Both the position numbers and the translations under genes were made by a program. 64,000 bases of DNA from Takakia lepidozioides (taxonomy: Eukaryota > Plantae > Bryophyta), in assembly GCA_030704615.1 (NCBI GenBank), contig CM060731.1, positions 44,888,001-44,952,000 of the forward strand, given 5' to 3'. The notes under the pieces were generated by a model. The model was not told the DNA's origin, did no database searches, and saw nothing but the letters and a program-made list of their open reading frames with translations. Numbering within the stretch: the stretch's first letter is position 1; each line of letters starts with the position of its first letter. Positions 1-19,680 of this stretch are shown in pieces.

Positions 1-2511
1 GCAAACTAGGTCACCAGGACTTGGTGTTTTTCTGTATGGTTGTAGCTGTTGATTTGTAATTCTATTTATGTGGAGATATTTGTGTGCGCCTGTTGCAGTT
101 GTGGCTCGACAGCGACCCGGAGATATACGGCCAGTGCTAGCATCATATCAAGGTCTGGATATAGCGACAGAATTCCGAGAGCGAACGAAGGAGTACCAAA
201 GGTCAGAATTATTGTCCTCTCTCTTTGTATATAAAATCTAGTATGCTGAGGCGGCGGGCCATTTCTGAGCTTTTCTGCTATAGTGCAGCCTTGCATAAAT
301 GTGACTCCAAAACGAAGTATCAGATCAAAACTGTTGGGTTTATGTGGGCGCGTAACACAATCACATGTGTAGATTTGAAGATGTCTTTGGAATTGGATGG
401 GAGGTGGAAGACAGCTGGCACTGGTTGTGACTCTGGATCAGAAAGTGGGAGAGGCAGGTGGGCCAGAATTTATGATCATGACCTCTGATTGGTTGGTGCA
501 GACGAACGCAAGAGCGGAAACAACAAAGTCGGCTTTGGAGGGGATCAACCATCAGTCGGCCGAGCTCGTAACAGCTCAAGATGGTTTAGCATATTGACTG
601 AAGCAGTTGTGTCCACCGGGTGTGGAAATGTGAAAAAGCAGGTTCCCCTTCGTGCAAGCCAGGTGAATATTTGTACTGCAAACAAGGGGAATTGAGTCAA
701 GTACATGGCCCAGTATCTGTACAAAACACACATGCAACAAAAAACTTGCAACCCTGGGATCTCCTACAGGAGCCTTATCAGTTTCCTGTTGTCCCCGCTG
801 TGCTGTCATTTTGAGCTTCACGGCAGTCTTGGATACAGAGATCCAAAGGGCTCGTTTGGACAGGATGGAGGGAGAGCTTAATCGAGCGTATTGAGAAGAC
901 TATAAAGGTGAGGACAGTAGGGACTTGTTGTGTTCCAAAGCCCTCTAAAGCATTTGTCGGTCAATCTAATAGTGGTAGAACCATGTAGCATAGACCCTTC
1001 TATAGTAAGCAGTCATGCCAGGGTATGTTAGGGATCTCCCAATTTTCAGATCTTTTGCTGGCACTATCATGTCTATGGATGGATTGACTTTATCAACATT
1101 TCAGGTGAGCCTAAAGATTGTTTGCTACCGATGTGTTCGATTACAAAATTCAACTATATCTGCTGAAATAGACTACCCAACAGCCTTGGCCAGGTCCAGT
1201 AGAAGACTGCTCAAATACCTTGAGTAAGAGCAATGACAGCACTTCGTTATTGGATTTAAGAACGGACTTGTAAGTGACAGGTAGCCATCATCTTCTGAGA
1301 AGATTGTGACGCATTGGAGGTCCATCATTGGTTCATGTTGTGTGCATTAATTTTGGGTGCACCACCCAAATTGGAGGCAACCTTACTACCTCGAACTTGG
1401 GATATGGGCTCTCTATTTTCACACATGTAATGTAAGAAGTAAGAAGTAAGAACCTCCCCACAAATTGTGCCTAGTCTATGCCTCAACACCCTTCTTATGA
1501 TATGGCCAAATCCAATTGGTCTACATCAGTATGGGGCTCCTGGACCTGTTTAGGAGACATTGTGAAGTGCCCTGTGCCCATCATCCTTACCCTGTTGTCC
1601 ATGTGTTGCGATCCTCTTCTTCCTTCTATGATCTCACTGGAAAACTCAAAAATGGAATAGAGAATAGAGGCACTTTACAATAGTGATGAAGCGTAGAGGC
1701 ATTTGATAACATTACACCCCAAAGTTGTACCTTTATTTGGATAGAGCCCTGGGCTGTGGTGTCAAGAGACCCCAAGTTTCTGGAGCAAAAACAGAAACTT
1801 GAAAGAAAATTTGGAGACAAGGGCAAGACGCACATCATTGTCAGAGTTCTGGAAAACATAAGGCACAAATGCCCTCATCACCTGCAAATGTATTACGATG
1901 TTTCATGGGTACATTGACAAAAAGAATACAAGTCGCTCCCAGGTGTTTCCCTTTTCAAAACAAAATAATAAAAAAAATACAAATGATTAGTTTAAGTTCA
2001 AGGCTTTTTGTCAAATGGTACCCTTGTCACTTCCATATGCAGATTGGGGATTTGAACACGGTGGACCTTGTATTTGGTTTGATACTGGTTATTGGTAGCT
2101 CCAAGGAAACACATACTTTGGTCCCTCTCTGTCTTCAATATTGTGCAGTAGATTTTTTGGAAAAAATTGACAGGTGTAGTAGTTCTTTGTAGTTAGACTG
2201 AGATTGTCTGCATTACAATTGATTATCAGTTCATTCACAATCAACATGTCCAAGTAAGTTTCAAGAAATTGCCAATCTATACCTCATGTTCTATCAACAG
2301 ATGCCATCAGTGAAACCCTCTCTTTTCCTTAAACCACAATTTCCTTCCCACATGACATGACTTACACACCCTACAACATAAAAGCTGGAAACATGCCAGT
2401 GACTTCAAACCCATATTCTGCAAATTTGCCCATTATGGTTGGCCTCCATGGAACCCCAGTGGATCATGTAATTAGGAGGTGTACCATGACTACATGATGG
2501 CTACATGTGGG

Positions 2512-2660
2512 TTTTCTTTTTTTCTTTTTTTCTTTTTCTTTTTTTTTAGAGAACAAGGGACAGTGGCCCTGAAAACTTTATTGACAAGGCAAAGTGGGTA
2601 CAGATAGTGGAAAAAATAACCACCAGAGAGCTATGAAGGCAGGTGGGTTGTTTACATCAA
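2512..2660 (-). mobile_element. Probable LINE/SINE 3' end (poly-A on the minus strand)
   Basis: Interrupted T-tract at 2512-2547 with TTTATT (reverse AATAAA) at 2577-2582. No TSD identified. Confidence 0.35.
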
Positions 2661-3573
2661 TGGGCAATCTGACTTTGCAACACTTGAGGTTCAACTGCTA
2701 ACTTGCTTGTAGAATTTTGTGGGTTTCTTGTTTGGGTAACTTCAAGCGGGTGATGAAAGAGTTGCAGTGGGAGGGTTGGCATTCCTATTTGGGATATTTG
2801 TTGTGTTGGGATGTTTGCTTGACTGAGGCAGCGTAATGGTGGCACGTCGCTGGTCGTCCACACGGCAAGAAGAGCTTTGTGCATCAGCAAAGTAGAAGAC
2901 TGCCAAATTCCTAATCTGCTTGTGCCTCTTTCAGCAAAGGAAGGGCAGCTGGCAGTGAGGGTCTTTTTAATATAGGCTATGCAGTCTACCCTCTTTCAGC
3001 GGAAACTCGTGTGCGCGGCCAGAAGGGCCGTTCTTCTCTGACGTTGTTGGTTGGCTCTACGAGTCTTCCGTGGGTATTCTTCCTGCTGGGGAGTCTGAGA
3101 ATCCAGTACTCTTCACCCACTTTGCTGAATCGGGGTCGTGGGTTAGAGTTAGACAAGAAATTTCCTTGAAGATTTCATCTGCCAAGGTAGTGTCAAGTTA
3201 CCCATTTGTTCTGAGATGTGGACTCCGTTGCTGTCTCTTTGATCTGCGTTCAGCGACTATGTTTTGACTTGTTTGAAGTGTCGATGTATCTGTGGGTCTG
3301 TCGCAAAGCGGCAGTAGTCGTCTCTTGTTCTCGTCTGAGAAGGCATTGGAGCGCATTGTAGACCGCCGACCATGCGTGTAATGCGTACGTGTCTGTGTGT
3401 GGGTGTGACGAGACAGGCACTCAAGGGATTTGACCGGTGGTGTATTTTTTGTTTCTTTTCATCCAGATCTCACACCAGTTTGCAAGAAGGTTTTGGTGTT
3501 CTTCCAGACCTGGTGCTTTTTCCCTCTTCCCGATTTCAAGACATTTTATTTAGGGAGAAATCCTCTAGAAGCT

Positions 3574-11107
<7,534 letters not shown>

Positions 11108-11134
11108 ACAGTAGCTGGAGTAGGGATTATGTAG

Positions 11135-11288
11135 TGGAGAAAGTTTGAGCTGAACTTGTATCACATGGAGGCCATACAATCCTCAGGATATTTTCCACTC
11201 TTTTGACGTAGTTCCTGTTACCTCATTTCCCCTGGACGCTTACTTCACGGACACCTGCTATCACTCGACAAAGTTCTATAAAACCACG
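11135..11288 (+). pseudogene. Decayed tandem duplicate of the last VHA-B exon in the 3'UTR
   Basis: TGGAGAAAGTTTGAG...GCCATACAATCCTCAGGATATTTTCCACTCT...CCTGCTA...GTTCTATA is colinear with exon 14 (10938-11107), with indels. Confidence 0.7.
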
Positions 11289-11751
11289 ATTACGTGGCTT
11301 GGGTAGGATTCCCCTTTTCTGTCTCTTGTATTCCACTGCTTCTGTTTATGCTGCAAGGCGATGCTACTCCTGTGTTTCATTGTATCATTGTAAGGGCCTG
11401 AGGGTTGCATGTTAAAGTAATGGTAACCTCATTTCGGTCCACAATAAATTTATGTTTGTGTTATGGGATTCTGCATGTATCCTATCTTGTGACCGGAGTA
11501 AACTATGATATACTTTTGCTCTATGGAAATCAGCATTTGTGTGTTCTGGGATCTGTTCCAGCTGTGATAATGAGCTGTTGTGTATCGGCAGGTTAGGGTG
11601 ACTAGATGTGATAGTCATATATTCTTTTGAGGTGTGTTTGGTCCTACTGAGAACTAAGATTGTGCTTGTAGGATTCTTGGTTATGTCATAGTCTGTAGTG
11701 TGGCTGTTGAGACTAGCTTCTTCTGTAGTATGGGGAAACTCAGGAGTTTCA

Positions 11752-11849
11752 TAATAGTAAACTGGTTTGCTGACCAATACGGCAAAGGCAGTGAGTTTCC
11801 TAATAGTAAACTGGTTTGCTGACCAATACGGCAAAGGCAGTGAGTTTCC
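11752..11849. repeat. Perfect 49-bp tandem duplication
   Basis: TAATAGTAAACTGGTTTGCTGACCAATACGGCAAAGGCAGTGAGTTTCC occurs at 11752-11800 and 11801-11849. Confidence 0.95.
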
Positions 11850-12243
11850 TACTTGGTGGCTTGAATGTCATGTCAAAGAGCTGCAAAACTTCTTCCTACT
11901 TTCCATGAGTCCAATGTGGTTGCAATTTCAAGAACACAAACGAGGATTGGTAGCAAGTGTTGCCTGGTTATGCTCACTGTAGGATTGGTATACATGAGCA
12001 GCAACAGAACAGACACCTGCACATTGACCGGCTACAATGCCCATCTCCATAAAAGTAATCGGAAGGAAAAGGGAGGAGATTGAACCACGAGACTCAGATC
12101 TGTCTGTATGAGCTCAACTGAAACTTCTTATGTAATGATACGGATGGTAGGAAGGGAGTTGCAAAGCCCTAAGCCCCGCCTGCCTGGTGCCCAAAATGGA
12201 TTAGAACAGGGGCTGGGAGTCTGGCTGCTAACAAGCTGGTCTC

Positions 12244-14523
12244 ATGGCTGCCATGGCATTGTCGTTGCTGTCCGTAACTTCACTCACTTCTCGCTATGGT
12301 ACGCATGCACACCTGCTCATCTCAATCATACTTTCTGCTCTCATGCAAAGAAAGAATTAAAGAACGAGAATGACAGAAGGAAGAATTAGAGGATGGAGAG
12401 AACTGGTGTGCTGAGGTGAAAACACTTCTTTTCGGTTGTCGCATCAATTGTAGCCTCTTTTCTTCTTTCTCGTGAGCATTTGCAATGCTATTTATCATTT
12501 GTCCAAGATGGACTGCGGAATGGGAGAAGGAGATGATTAGGTGACAGTTTGGGATCTCCGTGAAGGCCGGTTTGTGTGAACATCGTCAATACAGCATAGA
12601 ATTCTCACCCGTAAGATAGTCTCATGGTAGAGTGTGTTTAATCAGCTGAGGGGCTCAAAGATGCGTAGCAGACCCTGATTTTCTAGGTTGTGGGGGGAGG
12701 GGAATAGGAAAGAGCACAGGGGTGACGTGCTTGAGCGACAATTGGAGCAGTCCAAAGACGGGTGCAGTGGGACCGCAACGGTTCAAGGAGACTGCTGTTC
12801 CTGGGACGTACTGGGGTGACAGGTGCGGTAGATGCCCATACAGACATTGTTCCATTGTGATGCCGCTGCGTCGTGGGCGCATTGTTGACAGAGCGCAGCT
12901 CCATTGAGCGACTTGCAGTCTCTTTCATTCCTACGGGTTCTTACTGCATGTTTCTGATGGATGCCCTGGCGGGATGACGTTTTCTTTGTGCAGTGATGAA
13001 TCAGGGGAGAAGGTGTCTGTGAAATTCACTACTGGTTCTAAGAATGTAATCATACTTTTCTTTATACCATCCTGCTGGTGGATTGATCGCTCTATCTTTG
13101 CTTCTCTTTCAGGGACCTGAATATCTCTTTTTAACTCTTGATCAAATACATGAACACTTGCTACCACAAGATGTGGACCTGATGGCTGTGAAAAAATGGA
13201 TCTTGAGATCCACAGTAGGAGTGACACATAACCAACTTGCAACTTGTGCAGGCAACCTCTTTTTTGGTACATGCAATAAAAGACAATGTTGCATTACATT
13301 GCAGAATGATTTACAAGGTGGTCCAACTAAAAGTTCTAACTACCTTCTATACTTGCTCTTACAGGTCACAGTGGCTGCCAGGGCAGGTGAGAACCTCCTA
13401 AAAGTTGCAGAGAAATGTGGAGTTATGGTTCCAGACAAAGTGAGTGAACGTTTCAGCCCCATGTTCATTAAAGCATGTGATAGACAAAAGGGTTTCTATT
13501 TATGCAGTCATATCAGGGGTATCATTTCATGTTTTCCTTTGTTCCTGAATAGAAAATTTTGAGCAATACAACGACAAACCAGAAAGCAGAGCAGGCCGAA
13601 GTTGGAGGTGGTGGAGAGGAAGGGTCTACAGAAAGATGTTAAATTTTAGTTAGAATTTTGTTAGCATGTGATCAGATTCATCTTTTGATTGTATGTTTAC
13701 TGCATTATGATTCTTTCTGATGGTGAATACCTGCTCTTTGGTGGGCATGTTGCACAGGACTTCTGCTTTGAAGGAACTTGCTGTCACTGTGAGATGGAAG
13801 TAGTAGGTGGGGCAAAGGAGGTCTCTTTTCCTCTCTCTCTCACTTTGAAGCTCCTATCTGAACCAGTTAATGTCCCTTGATTTGTATGTCCTCCAAAAGC
13901 CACCATCATCAAGTAATTATGATGGTTGTATTTGTCATGGTTTAGTCTCGAGGTGTTAGGAAATGAGGAACAAAAGAGGTTTAGAAGTTACTCATGGAAG
14001 GTTGTCTTTGCATCTCCTGAAAGTAGTGAAAATATTAAGGTAAACTTTATTTATACTCATGCCTCTGCCATATTCGGGTTTTGACTTACTGCTCACTGTC
14101 TGGGGAGGTGCACAGGTGGGCTATCGAGCTGATGCTACTGCAGGAGCCTTGGTGCGCAGCTGCATTTGCCCGGTAATTGCCTCACTGGTATCTGTCTGGT
14201 CTGTGAGATGTCTCGTTAATTTGGGGTTGTATGGAAATTGTCTTGCACGTTGTGCACAGGACGGGTAGACCCTGCTTATCAGTGAAAATTTATACCACGT
14301 TGGAACATTGCCTATCTATAGTCTACAAAGCATGCACACGGGAAAGTCTTGTGACAGGGATCCCCTACTGTACAAAGTACAATGCATTGGCAGCTTAGTT
14401 TCGGCCTTTTGGACTTCACACATATCTTCAGCTGGTGGATTTGAGCAGGTGCCAGCAGGAAGGGGCAGCGTGGAGGTGCTTACCATTGATGATGAAGACA
14501 GTTGGGGGGATGCAGTGTTGTGA
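12244..14523 (+). CDS. 2Fe-2S ferredoxin-like protein, probably chloroplast-targeted, ~170 aa
   Basis: Exons 12244-12298, 12687-12822, 12994-13045, 13365-13439, 13758-13820, 14116-14172, 14449-14523 (513 nt, in frame). Ser/Ala-rich N-terminus MAAMALSLLSVTSLTSR. Fer2-type start VSVKF...VTVAARAGENLLKVAEKCGV, CX4CX2C motif CFEGTCCHC and distal RSC. The first two exons are less certain. Confidence 0.85.
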
Positions 14524-17500
14524 GAGAAGGTGAACTAATACACATGACCTGAGTTGTAGCATTTTAGCTTAACTCCAGGGTCTGCTTTGGACCCTAAATC
14601 ATTCTTGATTTGACTAGACAACTTCGAGTGCAAAAGCCTCCTTACTAAATACACAGTTTCATGGTTGAATACTGATAGGATCACACAGCTTATCAAGTTG
14701 AGTAGCTTGGAGGTATAGGCAGGCCACAGCGCCTCACTGAGGGTAAAGCTGCTTGTTGAACCGGGCAGCAAACCCCTCCTACACCTACTGAGGTCCTACA
14801 GCCTGCCCATTCCACTGCATTAAGGGCAGAAGTTAAGATTATTGAAATTTTTCATGTTCATTGTGAACTTTGTAGTTCAAGTCCATAAGATCTGCAGCAG
14901 CAAGCTTGTGAGCTTGGCAGTTTTCTTGGGACAACTCTATGTTTTTTTGGATGGAGGATCCTTCATTGTTTGGCGAAAGCACGTGGCAATAGATCCACAG
15001 CAATTGAAACATATGAAGCTTATTACCATCTGGAATGTGTGAAACTGACACAATGACCAAATTCCCCGGGAACCTTGAGATCAAGTCCATGTATTGTTGT
15101 CATTGCACAATTTGGCGAGGTTCTGTCAGAATTGTCTCCTCGTGATCTTCCAGTACCCAATGTTGTAGTAGATGAGAGAGCACTGGATAGGATCCTCTTT
15201 GTAATCACCCTTCAGGTCAAGGCGGTGTGATTGTTTTAAACCTTGCAAGCAATGAGCATTCATGTTCATAAGCTATGGTTCAGCTGTCCACTTCACATGT
15301 CTGAACAAAATGGATAACTATCTCACATGCAAAGATGGCATAGGGATTGCTTTGCATAAACATGGATTTTTTGGTGGCATTGTAGAGTCAATCTCTGTGC
15401 CTCGGTTCAGATGCGGTTCCTCAAGTGTCCATGACTTAGGGATGCTTGTCTTGCTTGATGCCCACTTTCATTCACACTTCGCAACATTCACACGCTCTTT
15501 ACAGTGGCAGTTTTATACATCTCCCAGTGTCCCTCCAGACTGGAGTGAATCTGGCAATAGAGGTCTGGCCCCCGAGCTATCCTTTCAGCCGCCCTGGATC
15601 ACTTCAAGGCATGGATGAAGGCACACAGCACACAGTGGCCAGTAGAACAAAACAGCGTATAAAGAGCTGTTGAGCAACGGCGGGCCGGCAGAATGAACTT
15701 GGGCGAATAAGCCCAATGCACTACAGCTTGAGACTGATCACTCACACCGCCACCTGCTGTGCAACGCTCCTCGTGAACCACAATTTCATCCTGGCCAATG
15801 GATATGGTAGTTGATATTTGAGCTGTGTGTGGACGTTAGCTTTTGACTCCAACAATTGTAAGGAGGAGTCCTTTCAAGATTTGTCCTCCACTGTCTACAC
15901 TGTGCAACCCGCCCGCTTGAAGTGCTGCCGACTTTTCCCCCTTCCCTAATCGCAACCGCTTACAGCAGCAATGGTGGTGGGAACACAGCCTGCAAGTCTA
16001 GTGTGGTAGCAGACAAGGAGAGTCTTTGGAGTCTTTTTGGAAATTTGCAGCAGTCATAACACTTGGCGCGGTTGAAACACAAGTGATATTTGGCTGCCTG
16101 GTCCCGAAGACACTGTCAGGGAAGAATTGCTAAGTGAGACCCCACAGGTTTGGAGGGAGCGCAAGAGTCAGAGAATTTTGTGCCGAGTGAGCAAAACCTG
16201 GGAACCGGAAGAGAACCAAGAAGGAAAGACCGTGGGAACCCAGAATGAAAAAACTTGGTAAAACAAGTAAACTACATCTGGAGGCCCACCATACCATTGC
16301 ACACAATTGCAACCCTACACTGACTCTCTCCTTCTTTGAGCAGATATAAACTCTCGAAAGAAGGTCGTCTGCGTGGATTTGTGTGATCACCATGTTCACA
16401 TTCGTATCTGCCTTTCTGGCAGCCGTTGTTTTCGTATCCACTCATCTCTTTCTTTTTGCAATGCTATGCTCTTTACTCTTTAGCTCGCCCCCTCCTGCCC
16501 GGCCTCCAGAGTCCCCAAATAAGGACCCACAACAGTCTATATCTCAGGAGTCCGTGAAGTCTGACGATGGCTGACATCATTAATTCCGGGTTTCAAAGAC
16601 AGCAACCCTCCGTACCAGGGGCATGGTAGGGAATTCCGATGGTATCTCCCTTGCATCTCTCTATCTGTATCTATGCCTCCGTTTCCCACCTCTAGTTATT
16701 CCATCAACTGCCTTGAAGTGACCCCCCTGGGAAGCTCCATATCAGTCTTCACTTTGTGTGGTTGCATGTATCGGTGGGGACTCCATTGGGTGCCGACAGA
16801 TTATCTTTCCTGTAACACAGCAAGTCGTTCCAGTCGAAGAACTCTTTGCTTTGCCTAGGCAGCCCCTCGGATATCCAGCAACAGAGTCAAGAAGACAAAT
16901 AACAGCAGCTGGAAAACGTCAGGAAGTCGAGAAGAATTGAGGGCTACTTCAGACTTAGCCCGAAACGACATCCGCAAACGCTCTGTTGAAGACCCAAGTT
17001 CCTGAAAAGCAGTGTTTCTGAGTACTCGGCTATGGAGAGGACTCTTGGGCTCGGCTGTCAACTGCTTGAAACGGAGATTTACATGGCAAAGAGTCTCTCG
17101 AAGAACAGTGATGTTGTGAGAGCTAAGAAGGCAAATAGAGAGTGACGTCAAAGGAGGCAAATGAAAGAGACAGGCAAATGAGATAAGCAGTGGCGCGTCC
17201 TTGAAGCAAATTATCAGGGACAATTTTCAAGGTGTGCAGGTAAGATTGGTGGCTCGAGTGGTTTGGTGCACGCTGTAAATGAGGGCTGCCACAGGATGAT
17301 GTGCGTCTCCCTTCCAGTTTAGTTGTTTTCTCAGGGTATATCCATGTAAGTAGATATAGAAGAAATCCCCTCTCCCCTCGTGGGTTGCTATGTATATTTG
17401 ACGAATCCAACATTTGTGCCTTCTGCTGATGATTACGCAGGAACAGAGGACAGGGAGAGTGCAGAGAGAGAGAGAGAGGAACTTTGTACAATGTAAAGTA

Positions 17501-18084
17501 AGCCTGCATCCCACCAAATTTGATTACATTAGTACGATTTTTGATGGATGTGGAAACAACTGTTATTTTGGTATATATAGTCTCTCATTGCAGCAAGAAT
17601 GGCTGTAGTCAAGACCAGTTTTCCCCTGGTCCAAACATATGGGGGAGAGAGGTAATGTATGGACGATCCAGAATTGGCGGTATCAGTCTTCAATTGGTAG
17701 GTTTTAGAAATAAGAGACTACAAAATGCCGCACACTTTGCAGCAGAATGTAACTCATTGACTCGCCTATGGTACAAAGGATCCATTATATGAACGCAAAT
17801 GAGTGATTTGAAAGCCTTATGCACCACTGCAAACCCAGCTGCTTGACTCTATCTCCTGACTACCACATGGAATACCAGATGCAACTCAGATTAATCTCAA
17901 GCCTAAGCGGATCCAAAAGTTGGAGACATGACTATGGTACACCCTTGCCTCATCCAGAGAGACTTCCGGGAGCAGAAACACTCAAACCCCATCCCAAAAG
18001 GACATGAGGGAAGGGAGAAGGGAGGGAACTTTGTTGGGTTGAAAAGCAAAATGGTAGGTTATCAAAAGACAAGACCTCCTGTTT

Positions 18085-18826
18085 CTAAAAGGCCCTAGTG
18101 CAGGGTTCCACAACCAATCCATCGAGCTTTGCTTGCTGTGGCTTCCTCCTTACACTGCTGAAGGGCCCAACTGTAGGATCTGTGATGTAGCCGTTGATAA
18201 CATATATCCAAGATGTATGACTTGCCAGGCTGTCGTGAAACTCTGGTGCAATTTGCGTCACCTTCATTTCCACAGACTCTCTTACAAGTTAGTCCCATTC
18301 CTTGGACTTCTATCCTTACAACAACTTCAAACTCGACATTGCCAGGTCCACCATTGACTTTAATAAGGGGTATTAAAGAAGTAGCAACAAAAATATATCT
18401 ACAATTTACATCTGCTCAGGAGGCATTAAGCTTACCTCGACTGCCAGGAATCCGGGGAAAATCATGGTGTTCATTGTGGTACCCAACATTCCAGGCCAAC
18501 ATATTGAGAGGCCTGTAGTATGAGTATGTCTCTTGACCCTTCGAAAATACATAGTGCTCTGCTACGAAGTGTCCCGCCATTGGGTGCATGCCTCCTGCGA
18601 GAAATGTTGGGAGTATAAGATATACCAAAGCTTTCGACCCAACAAAGTGGACTACTGCAGCATCAAATGTCAATTGAGTGACCAAATTGCCAACTTCCGA
18701 GAGGCTTGGAGGCTTAGGATTCAGAAAGAGAGGTCGGAGCGCATAGAAAAAGAGCTGACAAACCACCCACAAGATCTTTTAAAACATGTTTGTCACTACA
18801 CGACCTTCCACATAGCTTGGGATATG
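18085..18826 (-). pseudogene. Sphingolipid delta(4)-desaturase (DES1-like) 5'-truncated pseudogene
   Basis: Motifs [34 protein letters not shown], third His box [15 protein letters not shown] and a last exon IAPEFHDSL...DPTVGPF. In-frame TAA at 18779-18781. YGPLN is changed to YRPLN. The first two His boxes are absent and the acceptor of the last exon is degraded. Confidence 0.88.
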
Positions 18827-19680
18827 TGGATTTTTCTCTACTGGGTCATGAATCTCTCAAGGAATTTACCTCTTAGATAACACATGACTCTTTTGCATAG
18901 ATTGAGCTGCTGCTGACGATTAATTGCTGTGCTGTGCCATGGAGTGTGACCGATCTGTAGCAGGAATTTAATGTATCTTCTGCTGCATGCTTAGTCAGAA
19001 CCATTGTCAATATTGTCCATGTATGAAATTGGGGGATTGTGTCGATGCCCACCATTAATATGCAATACAGACAACTCTCCACTCCGGTCATTAGGTTCAA
19101 TTGCAACTTAAACAATGTCGTTCTCAGTGTACAAGAACCTTTTACTGAATAAGGTTTCAAACTTGCAACCAAACACGAGAGTTTGAGATGGGATCTGCTT
19201 TTTATGCAATGATACGTCTAGCCTCGGAATGTTTGACATATAACCACAATGATCATACTCAGACTGGGCACTGCTCACAAAGTGAAGGGGGCCGCACACT
19301 TCAACATACATCTCTGAAAAAATGGACATGTGAATACACTCCCAGTGGGAAGGTCGATACAACAGGAAGTCCAAATCTTACTCGAGGTACAAGGATTCTA
19401 TGGTACATTGTTACAAGCGGCACCAATTCCTTCTATGAACACCCCCAATTTCTCAACCCCCAATTTGACAAGATGGTTACAGAAAACAATTCTTGCCAAA
19501 GGAAGCAACACTGGGGTGGCTGGCCACAAAGTGCATCACAATTTACCGAAACTTTCATGTGCAGCAGTTAACAGTTATGCAGGGTCTCCTTGCTTGTCAT
19601 CCTTGGATGAAGCCCCATCAGACCAATGCTTGCTCCAAACAATGTGAGGCCCTCAACCACGAAGAGCTGTTGCCAAAGGT

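Noticed and set aside
15570-15592. miR390/TAS3-like site (GAGCTATCCTTTCAGC)
   Set aside because: Too many mismatches, no second site and no tasiARF sequence.
15599-16722. 13-bp inverted match TCACTTCAAGGCA as a miRNA hairpin or TIR
   Set aside because: The similarity does not extend, the arms are 1.1 kb apart, and there is no TSD.
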